Below, piece after piece: positions 39,718 through 52,109 of a DNA stretch of 64,000 nt (position 1 is its first letter; each line of letters opens with the position of its first letter). Under the pieces are notes generated by a model. The model was not told the DNA's origin. It saw only the letters and a list, made by a program, of their open reading frames with translations, and searched no databases. The translations under genes and the position numbers were made by a program. The DNA is from Eledone cirrhosa (lineage: Eukaryota): contig OZ024742.1 in the NCBI GenBank assembly GCA_964016885.1, forward strand, positions 70,184,001 through 70,248,000, written 5' to 3'.

Positions 39718-39852
39718 GGAGTTTTCCAGAAAACGCTGAAGTATCAAAGATATTTAAAGCAGCATTCACAAATATTTTCCTGGTTGCTAGGAGAACTAGA
39801 TGAAAAGCCACTTATTATTTCAGACTTGATAGCCCAAGGAATTCTTAATCTG
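39718..39852 (+). CDS. SYCP2: SYCP2-like coding exon 2 (GVFQKTLKYQRYLKQHSQIFSWLLGELDEKPLIISDLIAQGILNL); 3' end is 39852 or 39856
   Basis: TTTTCAG acceptor; open frame; IAQGILNL resembles vertebrate SYCP2 IKQGLIQK; donor ambiguous (see findings). Confidence 0.7.
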
Positions 39853-40159
39853 ATAAGTCATAAGACTATTTTTATCAAATAATATATTTTCAGAAATTAC
39901 AAAACCTGTGATGAATGTTATGAAGAGAAATGGAATGAGATGGTTAGGTCATGTGTTGAGTAAGGATGAAGGTGACTGGGGGAAAGGAATGATGGAAGTG
40001 ATTATGTGAGGAGGTAGAGGAAGGGAAAAACCAATCAAGATATGACTAAAAGTGATGGAGGAGAGAACGAAAGCCATGAGCTTGTGAGGTGAGATGCAGA
40101 TGATATGGCAAAATGGAGAAGCTTGTCTTAGGGCCCTCAGTACAGGTCAGTTCCCTTGA

Positions 40160-40400
40160 CATGCCACCTTGAATGATGTCATCAGGAGCCTTCACGCAGC
40201 TGGCTTCCCATCACAACTGGAGCCTGCCAGCCTCAATTCCCATTTCAGAGAAGTAAATCTCTAATCTGGGATGCCATATGCTGCAACAACCTTGTCATTT
40301 CAGCCACAAACCCAGGCATCACTACTTGTAATGCAGAGGAGAGGAAGATAGCTAAATACTAGGACTTGACCAACCACTTTCTTTACATGTCCTCAGTCCG
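40160..40400 (+). mobile_element. Degraded CRE-like (RLE endonuclease) non-LTR fragment
   Basis: Similar to 54120-54600 (AAGFPSQLEP, LIWDAIC, EERKIAKY). Confidence 0.55.
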
Positions 40401-40431
40401 CCATTTACCTCTGCAAAATCAGGAAGAGGGC

Positions 40432-40792
40432 ATGTTCAGTGGTTGAAGGGAGATCAACCACAGTTCAGTGGTAAGAAGGCAGATCAACTACAGTGCTGAG
40501 GTAGGAAGGGAAATCATCCACAGTTCAGAGGTAGGAAAGGAGATCAACTACAGTTCAGTGGTATGAAGAAACACCAACCACAGTTAAGTGGTAGGGATAT
40601 CAACCACAGTTAAGTGCTAGGGAGATCAACCACAGTTCAGTGGTAGGAAGGGAGATCAACTACAGTTCAGTAGTACAAAGAGATACCAACCACAGTTCAG
40701 TGGTAGGGGAATCAACCACAGTTCAGTAGTAGGAAGGTAGATCACATACAGTGCAGTGGTAGGAAATAATATCAACCAGAGTTCAGTGGTTA
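40432..40792. repeat. ~26-30-bp minisatellite (AGATCAACCACAGTTCAGTGGTAGGAAGGG), about 12 units
   Basis: Direct reading of tandem units. Confidence 0.9.
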
Positions 40793-41379
40793 GAGATAGG
40801 GTAGGACAACAACCATGATTGTGGTTGTAGTAGCGTACTGCTATGACACTCAGTTAGTCTAATTTATGGCAGACCTATGGTACATAGATGTAACTCATAG
40901 ATCTCCAGTTATACTATGCCTTTGTCTAGCTCAGAAGCTTACTGCACACTCAAATGTACACTGGGTGTAGTATTGAAGTCTAGACATATAATCTGTCCAC
41001 TATCCAGTCTATTTCTGTAGCCTTGTGGTGACTGCTTTATACATATTACCATGCTGAGCATATGCTCATTTTGCTATTAATGAATAGTTATGTCTACATT
41101 CTGAGGTTTAGTCACTCTTCATTATCTTGTTTAGACAAGTTTCCTCATCATTGTTTCATAAAATGCTGCAATTTTAATGGGATTCATTAAAATTTGAGTA
41201 GAAGCTATTGTCAAGTAATTGAATTTTTAGCACTAACTGTAATAAGATTGTGATTTCATGATTTTATGATCAGCAAGTCAGTACCTTAACCATAACTAAT
41301 TCTGTATGTTTAATAAATAAATAGTTAATTTGCAATGTAGATGTATACTAATGATTTTATTCTAATTTTTAATTTTCAG

Positions 41380-41471
41380 ATATGATCACAATTTTCATTG
41401 AACTGTCTGAGAAGGATATGCTAAAGTCTGAATCTGTGCCAATATTTGAGCTTATGCTAGAGATTTTAATT
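41380..41471 (+). CDS. SYCP2: SYCP2-like coding exon 3 (MITIFIELSEKDMLKSESVPIFELMLEILI); starts at 41380 or 41382
   Basis: TTTTCAG acceptor, ATT|GTAAGT donor in phase 0. Confidence 0.75.
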
Positions 41472-41786
41472 GTAAGTATCATTTCATGTATGGGACAGTT
41501 ATTAACACTTGAAAAATATAGTGAAATTCTATATAGAATTTTATTTTGTTGTTTAGGCAGCTGCTGTTCAACAGTACATATAAATGTAATACTTTTGTAG
41601 TTTGTGTATACATAAGCTTTTACAACAGTGTATATATGATACTATATAAGTTTGAAAGAAGCACTGCATTTTCCAGTGTATGAGATGCACATTTTTATCC
41701 CTAAAATTTGATGTTGAAATCTACCTACTGAAGGTATAAATATAATAATAATAATGATAATGTTTCTACTTAAAATAATAATAATA

Positions 41787-41975
41787 ATAATTGTTTCTAC
41801 ATTTGGCACAAGGCCAGCAATTTTCCCAGTGTATTACTGGTGCTTTATTTTATCGACCCCGTAAGGATGAAATGCAAAGTTAACCTCGGCGGGATTTGAA
41901 CTCAGACCATAAAGGGCCGTAACTCTTTGCTGCAAAGCATAGCGTCAGACCCTCTACCGATACTACCAATCCACC
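41787..41975 (-). mobile_element. SINE family B copy
   Basis: Match to family consensus; (TAA)n tail. Confidence 0.88.
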
Positions 41976-42559
41976 AGTGTGTCGGTGCAAATGGAATGAT
42001 AAAAAAGGCAACTGAAAAAATATTTGGACCAGATACCTGGAAAGCCATCTCTGCAAGAGATATAGAAAATAGTGGTGACTGGCACTCTCTATGTCCTGAG
42101 AAGGGCATTATCAATTTTAAAACCTTGCTAAGACCTTCACTGTTTTTTGTGTCCTAGTGGCATCATTTGTATGACAAGTGATTGTAACTTGTATGTTTTA
42201 TTAAATTTTACCTCAGGTGTCAGGTTGACACCTGGCATGATTTGGGAAAGAAGCAGAATTCAAAGGAAGTCTCAAAGAATAATAATAAGAATAATAATGG
42301 TTTCTTTATTAGCTGCAAATGGCTAACATTAATCAAACAATAAAGACAGCGCAGGATGATACAATGTGGGTTTTTGTGTGTAAAAAATGTTATAACAAAA
42401 ACTAAAAAAAAAAAACATTTAAAAAAATCAAACTAAACAAATTCCTTTATAAAGAGGAGACTTCCGAGGGTTACTCATGGAGAAAGCCCACAAAAAGCCA
42501 TGCTCACCCTGTTGTTTGTAATAGAATCACAAACTTTCATTAAAATTACAATCACTTAG

Positions 42560-43160
42560 TGGTTGATAGCTTCTGCTATCTGGGTGACTTAATTAGCAGC
42601 AGATGAGGGCGTGCTAGAATAGGAGGGAAAAAGTTTAATGAGCTACTTCTACTATTGACCACAAAAGGTTTCTCCCTATGTACAAAAGGACGACGATATG
42701 ACACCTGTGTGCAAAGTGCAATGTTGCATGGTAGTGAAACAAGGGCTGTGACTGCAGAGGGCATGCATAGACTGGAGAGAAATGAAGCATCCATACTTCG
42801 TTGGATGTGCAATGTAAGTGTGAGAGAAAGGCAAAGCTTGGATGAGCTGGAGGAGAAGCTGGGTTAAGAGGAATCCGAGGTGATGAGCAGAAGAGAAGAC
42901 TGCGTTGGTATAGACATGAATGCACATCAACATTGATCGCTGGGTGAAGAAATGCCAGGAAATGCCAGTGGAAGGAAGCTGCAGTAGCGGTAAACCAAGA
43001 AAGACTAGGGCAGAGGGTTGTGAGAGCTGACCTTAAATCGATGAGACTCAAAGAGGAGATGATGAAGGAACGTGATGAGTGGAGAGATGCCAAGCCGAAA
43101 AGGACCCATTCAACACATGCAAGAATGGAAAAATGGACGTAAAAATGATGATGATAATGA
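42560..43160 (+). mobile_element. RTE LINE 3' fragment
   Basis: YLGDLIS, TKGFSLCTKGRRYDTCVQSAMLHGSET, (GAT)n tail. Confidence 0.85.
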
Positions 43161-43445
43161 TTAGGGGTCAATCTTAACAGGAAAATATTCAACAACAGAA
43201 AACAATTAAGCTTACTATGGCCAAATATCCCATGGTGATCTCGTTAATTTTTGTTTTAACATTGGACAATCTTCACTGCATAACTAAGAATGTTTATATG
43301 TCATAATAAATAGTTATAACAGATTAATTTATCAAATAGTAATCTTTAATTGAAGTAGCATATTTTTAATATGATAAAAAGCACCCAGTCTATCCTGTCA
43401 AGTTGTAGTGAAAGTGCCACAACAAAAAACATCAAGTCATATATA

Positions 43446-43723
43446 CTGAACAAGAAATAGAATTAAGGTGTTTGCTCCAACATAGCTGTATACTTATAAG
43501 TATGTAAATTTTGTATACCAAATAATATACGATATGTTTACAAATAAACATTTGAAAGCCTTTAGCTATGAATTTTAAAAGGTGGTGGTAGGGTGCTTCA
43601 TAGCTAAAGGCTTTCAAATGTTTATTCGTAAACATATCGTATATTATTCGATATACAAAATTTATATACTTATATGTATACAGCTGTGTTGGAGTGAACA
43701 CCTTAATTTTATTTCTTGTTCAG
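43446..43723. repeat. Long inverted repeat (127-nt arms, 24-nt spacer); foldback/MITE-like hairpin
   Basis: 43446-43572 versus the reverse complement of 43597-43723: 9 mismatches and no gaps by manual alignment. Confidence 0.95.
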
Positions 43724-43863
43724 GCCAAACACAAATTCAAACTACTTGGAAGGTATCTGATGGACAGACATAAAATCGAATTTATTAGTAAAAAATATAT
43801 ATATATAATCATATTGCAAGAATCATTTTATTAAGTAAAAAATAATTGGGTTTTACATTTCAG

Positions 43864-43888
43864 AGCATTGCTAACACTACTTCTGAAA
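43864..43888 (+). CDS. SYCP2: SYCP2-like 25-nt microexon 4 (SIANTTSE+A)
   Basis: TTTCAG acceptor, A|GTAAGC donor; phase 0 to phase 1 exactly bridges exons 3 and 5. Confidence 0.7.
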
Positions 43889-44686
43889 GTAAGCATACAC
43901 TCTATAGGGATATATGATGTAATTATTGTCACATCATATATTTCATATATTCAATCACAAAAATATAAGCTGATTATTTGTTCTAATATGTTCTATTAGA
44001 AATATAGAATTCATCAAAACTAAATTTCTCCTAAAATAAGAAAATATAAAATTATAATTTTTCAAACTATTAGCCTCATCCTTAGAGATGAACAATCTTT
44101 TTTAATATTCATATTTATATCTACACAAGTCTATGTTCTCTTTATTGACTACATTGTTTATAATAAACTACTGTGTATACTCATATATAAGTTACAATGG
44201 TAATGTCACAGCCCCTTTGTGTTTAAAACATTTTGGCTTCAATCTTTAATCAGTATATGTCACATGTTTCCTTCCATAAATGCTATTAGCAACTTCACTT
44301 ACATCAGTGTTTATGTAAAATGAAAACATTTAGCTAAAATAATCAAAAATTATTACTGATATAATCAAGTAAAGTCCCAGAACCATAGATATCACAGCAA
44401 CATGTTTTTTTTTTCTGCTTGAAACAAACAGATCAGCTAGTGCTTTTAAATTGACTCTGACTATATATGTATTATTTAATTTGCATTAGGATTACAACCA
44501 ACCAATATAATCCCCCTCACCGCCCCCCACCCACACACACACATGATAAAACAGAGATACAAAAATAATTAGTGTTATTAGATTCTTCTCACACAGAATT
44601 CTGTTTTGTTTTAGTGCTATTGAGTATATATAGTGGGTTAGTCATGTTAATATTCACTTAATATGAATATAAGCATTGTATATAAT

Positions 44687-44846
44687 TAATTGTTTCTACT
44701 TTTGGCACAAGGTACTTTATTTTATCGACCCCGTAAGGATGAAAGGCAAAGTTAACCTCGGCGGGATTTGAACTCAGACCGTAAAGGGACGTAACTATGC
44801 TGGAAAGCATGGCGTCCGACTATCTACGAATACTGCCAATCCACCG
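44687..44846 (-). mobile_element. SINE family B copy with internal deletion
   Basis: TSD-like TATAATTAAT on both sides. Confidence 0.85.
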
Positions 44847-45436
44847 TATAATTAATGATGAGCCATCATCAACATATGTTTATATACATCATCGTTTAAC
44901 GTCCATCTGAGTGAATATTGATATACCAACCCACTATATATTCAATAGTTTTCCCTTGTGTGAGTATGTGTTAGTGAATGCTACCAATTTCTAGCTCTAT
45001 GCAAAGTTTGATAGATAGTTTGCATGCAGTGTTTTGTCCCCATTTTTTTTTTAGTTTTAACTATGTGACTTATCTACAAATATATTGGTTAGTTTAAGTT
45101 TTCTCATTTTTCATTTATTATTTTAGATAAACAAATCTCAGCTTATATGTTTTGGTTTATGGTTCTAAAATGTTTTCTTGTGATATTTTAGTTTAATTCT
45201 CATTAAACATGTTTAATTATGAAAATAATTTGTATTTTCTTTAATCTATTCATAATTATTGAAAAAAAATTAATAAATAACCCATATTACCATAATTTCT
45301 TTGTCTTTCAAAATAATAGCATTAACATATTAATCATTTCTTTCTTTTCTGAATTAACTTGTAATACACTAATATTTTCTCATTCATATTTCTGTTTTTC
45401 TTGAGCCAAACAGTTAAAGAATTTATAACATTATTA

Positions 45437-45630
45437 ATAATTATTTCTACTTTTGGCACAAGGCCGGCAATTATCCCAGTGTATTACTGGTACTTTATTT
45501 TATCGACCTAGTAAGGATGAAAGGTAAAGTTAACCTCGACGGGATTTGAACTCGGACCATAAAGGGCCGTAACTCTTTGCTGCAAAGCATAGCGTCTGAC
45601 CCTCTACCGATACTGCCAATCCACTGCCCT
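45437..45630 (-). mobile_element. SINE family B copy
   Basis: TSD TAACATTATTAATAAT. Confidence 0.88.
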
Positions 45631-46214
45631 TTAACATTATTAATAATGATTTCTGATTGTGATAACCTGGTCTAACATGGTAATGTATCTTTTAGTTTGT
45701 CTATGAGGTGTACATTTTAGCATATATAGATCTAGCTATTGAAATGGCAGGAGCTCAGCCGTGGGGTCCCAATCCTTCATATACATATAATGTATATTAA
45801 AATCAGAATTTACCATTTTTAAGTAAGTTCTCTTAACTGCTATCCGATTTAGAAATAATCGGAATTTTACCATCTTTATGGAAGTTATTTTACTTGTTAT
45901 CCGATTTCTTTAGCAATGTGTCTATGTGTGTTTATATATATATAAGCTATAAGCGCCCAGCCCACACTGTGAAGCGATCATGTAGGTAGCATGACAAAAA
46001 GTGCCCAGCCTACACTGTAAAGTGGTCGTGTAGGTGTCACAACAAAAAGCACCCAGGACACATTGTAAATGTGGTTGGTGTTAGGATGGGCATCCAGCCC
46101 TGTATGAGCAGGTCATGGTCATTGGAACTGACTTGTTTCACCATGAGGCAACTTGTCTAATCCATGCTATATGGAAAATGGACGTTAAACCGTAATGATA
46201 ATGATACATATATA

Positions 46215-46383
46215 TAATTGTTTCTACTTTTGGCACAAGGCCAGCAATTACCCAGTACATTACTGGTACTATATTTTATCGCCCTCGTAAGGATGAAAGG
46301 CAAAGTTAACCTCAGCGGGATTTGAACTCAGATCATAAAGGGACGTAACTATGCTGGAAAGCATGTCCGACCCTCTACCGATA
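46215..46383 (-). mobile_element. SINE family B copy
   Basis: Match to family consensus. Confidence 0.85.
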
Positions 46384-47084
46384 TATAATGGCAGACTGAA
46401 TGAGTTGGCGTTGAATACAACCAAACTTGAGTATCTGTGTAATGCCACTGTTGTGAACTGATTATACATAACTCATCCCATGGACTGAGTGCTCTAAACT
46501 CTTCGATATTTTACAGCAAGTTTTTACTACAATATATATATAATCATTTTCTAAGAAACTGAAACTTCAGATTCCAGCAAATTAATAAATAAACACTATG
46601 TATTGACAAGTCTATTCCATTTTTTTTATGTACACTAATGTAGAAATATTTCATATATTATATGTATAGTATTTTGTTATTAGTATCAAAGTCTTTTGTT
46701 GCACTTATTGGCAAAGATGACTTCTAAAATACAACAATGTTTGTTTCAATAGTTAATTTCTCATCAAAGCCCTAGCCAGTTCTTTTGATTCTGTGTTGTA
46801 TTTAAATTTGTGTTTTCATCCAGACCCAGTTTTGGAGAGTGAGAGAGACTGTGTGTGTGTGTGTGAAATAATGAGAATAAATGCAAATACTAAATAGTCC
46901 TATGTCTATACTTAATGTAAAGTAAATGCATTATTTAAATAGCCTGGTATGTTGATGGATTAAATTATAATTAATTTATTATATATCTTGATAAAATAAT
47001 TGTTTGACTTGTAACAGAGTTTCTAACATCAAGCTGTTTATGTTGATACTGGTTTGTGATTTCTCAGAGTTTGTTCTCTTGCAG

Positions 47085-47170
47085 TGAGATGTAACCTGGT
47101 TTTGCAGTTTGCTGACCCCTTGGTGAATTGTATGCTAAAAGAATGCATGCCTTTTTTTATTCGCCTACAG
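47085..47170 (+). CDS. SYCP2: SYCP2-like coding exon 5 (MRCNLVLQFADPLVNCMLKECMPFFIRLQ)
   Basis: TTGCAG acceptor, CAG|GTAAAT donor; 86 nt, phase 1 to 0. Confidence 0.78.
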
Positions 47171-47259
47171 GTAAATCATTAGTTCTGAAATAATATCAAA
47201 CTTTCTCACTAAAAACTTTTCTCTTCTTGTCGACATAATGGAGTACACAACGAATGCCC

Positions 47260-47670
47260 AAGAGCTGGTGCCACAATAAAAAGCATCTAGTAAACTCTGT
47301 AAAGTGGTAGCACTGTTACTATGATAAAATACATCCAATCCACTCTGTAAAGGGATTGTAGCAGTGCCATAATATGCACCCAGTACATTCTGTAAAATGG
47401 TAATGCTGGTACTAAGATAAAATGCACCCAGTACACTGTAAAGTGATACTATTGGTGCCATATTAAAATTCACTCAATACACTCTCTAAAGTGATATTGT
47501 TGTTGCCATGATAAAGTGGTAGTACTTGTAACATGATTAAATGCTCTCGATACACTCTGCATAATGGTTGGCATTAGAAAGGACATCCAGCTATAGAAAA
47601 TATGCCAAAATGGAATGTGATCCCATCCAGCTCATGACAGCATGGAAAATGGATGTAAAATGATGATAAT
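47260..47670 (+). repeat. Degenerate array of the ~48-bp SINE/RTE-3'UTR unit followed by an RTE-type tail
   Basis: Repeated AAAATGCACCCAGTACACTGTAAAGTG units, then GGTTGGCATTAGAAAGGACATCCAGC. Confidence 0.7.
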
Positions 47671-48819
47671 AGTGATAATTGAGGTTAAGATTAGGCTTCA
47701 ATGTTTCTGTAATTCAAAATAACTGTCCAATGATAAAATAGTTCTAAGCACTACTGCTTATAATGCAGAAGAGCAGAAGATATCCAAATACCGAGACATG
47801 ACCAACTGCTTCCTTTTCATGCCAGATGCCATCAAGACCTCCAGTGTCGTCTGTATTCAGACTGCTATCTTCCTTTGTAAAATTGAAAGGCGTGAATACT
47901 ACCTGGGGAAGGATGCCTGTGAGGTGGAGTGGTTGATGTAGCAGGCTGTTGTCTGTAACAATACCTTCAACAATTAAACCACAGGGGACAGCTGAGATAA
48001 ACTACTTAGCCAAGGGTGTAGTGTCTGCTCTTTCTCCTTCTTCCTTTTTCATTATTTAAATTTTTCTCTCTCTTCCTGTTTATTATCTGAAATATTTATG
48101 TAAAATAATTTTCATTGCACACCTGTTAGATCAGTGAACTTCATACTTGTGTTAAAGTCAGCTAAACAACCTTTTCTATAATGGCATAAGCTGTTATTGA
48201 TTCTGTAAACAATGGAATTCTGTGAGAACTATCAAAGAGTAACAAACACTGAAAATCCTCTCTGTTTTATTATGCACATGCAGCAAAAACGAGATGCATT
48301 GCACAGACTCAGAGGAAATGAGCTACATCCACTTCCACTACAACACTTACCCATATGGGCTCAGACTGGCCTCACCAGACAAAGATCTGCCTCTCCCTCC
48401 AACATTGAAGTTGTGGTCATCTACTTTGAAGGACAAATAACAACAACAGTGAACTTCACATCTACTTCACCACTATCACAAAATGTATTCTACAATAAGA
48501 CTAACATGAAAACTTTAGAATACTAACCTTAATTCTGTAATGGAAGACTATTGGTACTTATTGCCATTCCACTTTCAACTAGTGAGAGATGAGGTTGATC
48601 TTTGTAGGATATGAACTAAAAAAATGTGAAACATTGACCTAAATGGTGTGAAAATTCGAAACCTAGTCTTTATGTTTTAAATAGTGTTCTAATATTTTGA
48701 TATCAAAGTCTAGATTTTGAATTGTGATACTATTTAAGTGAATGTCGCAGATTTTTTTAGTCCATACCTAACAAAGATCAAATTTTGTCTAACACACCTC
48801 CATTTATTTCTAAGTGGGT

Positions 48820-49700
48820 AGTGGAGGCAGAGTCCTCAAACACTCATTCCAGCAGGTCCTGTCAGTAGCAACCATTTCCAACTGATCCAGCTGGATCCCC
48901 AAGCAAGACCAGCCAAGCTTATGGATGTTATCCAACCATCTTGCTCAGTGTCTACCCCTGCATCTCCTACCAGTTGGTCTTGCCCGTAAAATCTTTCCAG
49001 TGATTCTTTCCTGAGACATTCTAACCACATGCCCATAGTACTGGAGCTGTGATCTTTTAATTCAGAGGAGTAGCAGCTCTACCTGAACCGACTCTCTGAT
49101 CTCTGAACTACGCACTTTATTGAGTAACGTTATTCCAAAGACCCTTCGGAGGAACTCCATTTCAGCCACTTGTATTCGAGATTGTATTCTTTGGATCATT
49201 ACCCAAGTTTCATGACCATAGGTAAGGGTTGGCATGAATACCAAATTGAAGTGAGTGAGTTTGGCCTTTACACCTACCTCCCTTCTTCTGATTACCAAAT
49301 GCTGAAGCTGACACATTACTTCACCAACTCCTGCAATTCTTGCACTTAATTGAGCCTCCTGACTTCCATCACTCATGTACATGGCCCCATGATAATTAAA
49401 CTTCTCCACCTGCTTCAGTGAAAATCTATTCACATGTAGAGTGCACTGTACAAGCTTCCTTGGGAGGATGAGTGTCTCAGTTTTCACAGCAGTGATTTTC
49501 ATTCCAGCCATGCAAGCACTTGGCATCAAACCTGTCAAGTGCAAGTAAAAAATCACCTGCTGTCGAGTTAAGTAACACCATATCGTCTGAAAATTCCAGC
49601 TGACTTATTCTACACTTGCCAGTCGGAATATCACTTCCAACCCAGCTGTGCATGTCAATCCTGTTCATGAAAATAATTGGATGGTTCAGATTTAGTACCA
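48820..49700 (-). mobile_element. Second RTE family, 3' fragment
   Basis: ORF 49062..49556 QVEKFNYHG, PTLTYGHETW, RIQVAEMEFLRR; FSDD. Confidence 0.85.
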
Positions 49701-50036
49701 TTTATCCAAACACAAATACTCGGTCATTCATATAGTGACATCTTAATTTATCTTCCTCTTAAACATCATGCCTTTACGACCAGCCCAATTTGACACATGT
49801 TGTTAGCAACAGTCAGAATTCTTGATTGAGATTCGATTCCCAGTCAGAACTGGTTTACCTTGCAAAAACACAGTTGAAGAAGTCTAAATATTATAAATCT
49901 CATCCACATTCCTCTGATGTTACTTGATATTTGAAAGATTTTAATTTTTATTTATGTAAGGGAAACAACTCAACCAGTTCTCAGATTATTTCCCCACTTA
50001 CATTTTTGGATAACGTTGGCTGATATTCATTATACA

Positions 50037-50222
50037 ACGGTGGATTGGCAGTATCGGTGGAGGGTCGGACGCCATGCTTTCCAGCATAGTTACGTCCCTT
50101 TACGGTCTGAGTTCAAATCCCGCCGAGGTTGACTTTGCCTTTCATCCTTACGGGGTCGATAAAATAAAGTACCAGTAATGCGCTGGGTTATTGCTGGCCT
50201 TGTGCCTAAAGTAGAAACAATT
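50037..50222 (+). mobile_element. SINE family B copy (sense to SYCP2)
   Basis: TSD ATTATACAA. Confidence 0.88.
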
Positions 50223-50473
50223 ATACAAATGTACAAATTATGTCTTTAACAGGCATTTGAAATAATTTTCTTTCATATACGAGAGTTATGTCTTACAAAT
50301 AGTAAACTTACAGAGAATGTATGTTTGTTTGTTTTTCGTATATATCAATTTCCACCATTGAACTCCTTGTGGTCATGACAGTTCTAGGATTGTATTGGGA
50401 AGAGTACACTTAATACTTTCCTGTAGATGGTCGTAACTGGACTGTCTTGAACAGGTCTCACTTAGGACTAAAT

Positions 50474-50658
50474 AATTGTTTCTACTTTAGGCACAAGGCC
50501 AGCAGTTATCCAGGACATTACTGGTACTTTATGTTATTGACCTCGTAAGGATGAAAGGCAAAGTTAACCTCGGCGGGATTTGAACTCAGACTGTAAAGGG
50601 ACCTAACTATGCTAGAAAGCATGGCGTCCACCCCTCTACCGATACTGCCAATTCACCG
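50474..50658 (-). mobile_element. SINE family B copy
   Basis: 20-bp TSD CTCACTTAGGACTAAATAAT. Confidence 0.9.
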
Positions 50659-51298
50659 CTCACTTAGGACTAAATAATAAAACTTGAATAGAGGATTTGC
50701 AGAATTGTTAAAATGTTTTGCATTAAACTCCACCTCGGTTCTGTCCCTTCTGAATAGTAACATGATACAACATCAAAACACTATTAAAATTTTTATGAGA
50801 TGTAATCTCAGGAGACCAGCAAAACCTATGTAGGGGTGAGCCATAACAACAGATGACTTCAAATATATAATGTTAGATGTATTGATCATGGATAAAGAGC
50901 AACACCAATTGCGTTTTGTGAATCTGTCAGTCTTTCTGCCAATCAATTAACCTTCTTTCATTTTAGACATTTGTGACCATTACTGCTGTATCACAGAGAG
51001 TAGCTGCTCAATGTAAGAATAGATTCGAAAAATATTAAGAGAACAATGTGTTTGAAATAACCTTCTTGTAGTGTGAGAAGACTTATTTCAAATACAGTAG
51101 AACAGCATCAATAGACTATAGGCTTCTTAGTTGCAAATACAGTGAGGTAAAAATCAAAGTACTAAATACTTTATAAACACAAGGTACCAATACATCAGTA
51201 CAATGTAGTAGAATTTAAACTCATAACCTGTGAGTAGAAAATTCAACAGCCTAACCATTTATACAGTATAAATCAAAATGTGATAAATATATTTGCAG

Positions 51299-51387
51299 GC
51301 TCTCAAGTATTCAAATTTGTTATTTGAAAACTGCCCTTCTTCTGTTAAAGAAATTCTGAATTTGAAAGCTGAACATCAAAATAATTT
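51299..51387 (+). CDS. SYCP2: SYCP2-like coding exon 6 (ALKYSNLLFENCPSSVKEILNLKAEHQNN)
   Basis: TTTGCAG acceptor, TT|GTAAGT donor; phase 0 to 2. Confidence 0.8.
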
Positions 51388-51700
51388 GTAAGTATTTCAT
51401 TAGATGGCAATTTTATTTGTTATTATTCTTTTCCTTCTGAATGCTGTCTGTGCACAGAGTGAAGACCAGTATATCCAACCATTGCTACTTGTAATGTTCA
51501 GGGTTGCCTCTCATATTTGCTGAAAGGATTTAAATATTAAAGTTAATGTGAGTTAAAAAGTGAAACCCAACCAACTTTTCTATTTCTACCACACTCCACT
51601 CACAATAACAAAATACTTTAATAAACGTTTTAACTTATAGCTATTTTTATAATATATTTCGTTTTCTTTATATATTTTCTTAAATTTCATCTACTTCCAG

Positions 51701-51735
51701 AAAAAATATTATCAAGCTAATATCAACTATTGGAG
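51701..51735 (+). CDS. SYCP2: SYCP2-like coding exon 7 (LKNIIKLISTIG)
   Basis: TTCCAG acceptor, G|GTAAGA donor; phase 2 to 1, producing the conserved G-D-Y junction. Confidence 0.82.
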
Positions 51736-51743
51736 GTAAGACA

Positions 51744-51850
51744 AATAATTGTTTCTACGTTAGGCACAAGGCCAGCAATTACCCAGTACATTACTGGTAC
51801 TTTATTTTATCGACCCCGTAAGGATGAAAGGCAAAGTTAACCTTGGCGGA
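51744..51850 (-). mobile_element. 5'-truncated SINE family B copy immediately after the exon 7 donor
   Basis: Family match; AATAATT flanks. Confidence 0.85.
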
Positions 51851-52109
51851 ATAATTTGTATAGAGCAACAAATAATGTTACTTTAGTGAGTTTATACATG
51901 AGAGAGTGTGAAGTAGAGAAGAGTATTTAATATTTAACCTTTTTCGTAACAACCCATCCAAAATGGCCTTTGGTTTTATAAAACAAAACCACCTATTTTA
52001 TAGAATTCCTATTTAATGTAAAACTTTTCAATATAATTTGATATAAGTTATATTACAAATACCATTTTAATTATGAAAATAATTTTAGTATATCATCCCA
52101 AATTCTTCA

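Noticed and set aside
40432-40792. ~30-bp repeats resembling a CRISPR array
   Set aside because: Units are directly tandem without spacers, so this is a minisatellite
50967-51012. AG...GT-bounded open segment (ICDHYCCITESSCS) in SYCP2 intron 5
   Set aside because: Its 46-nt length would shift the frame between exons 5 and 6, which already join cleanly, and it has no SYCP2 similarity
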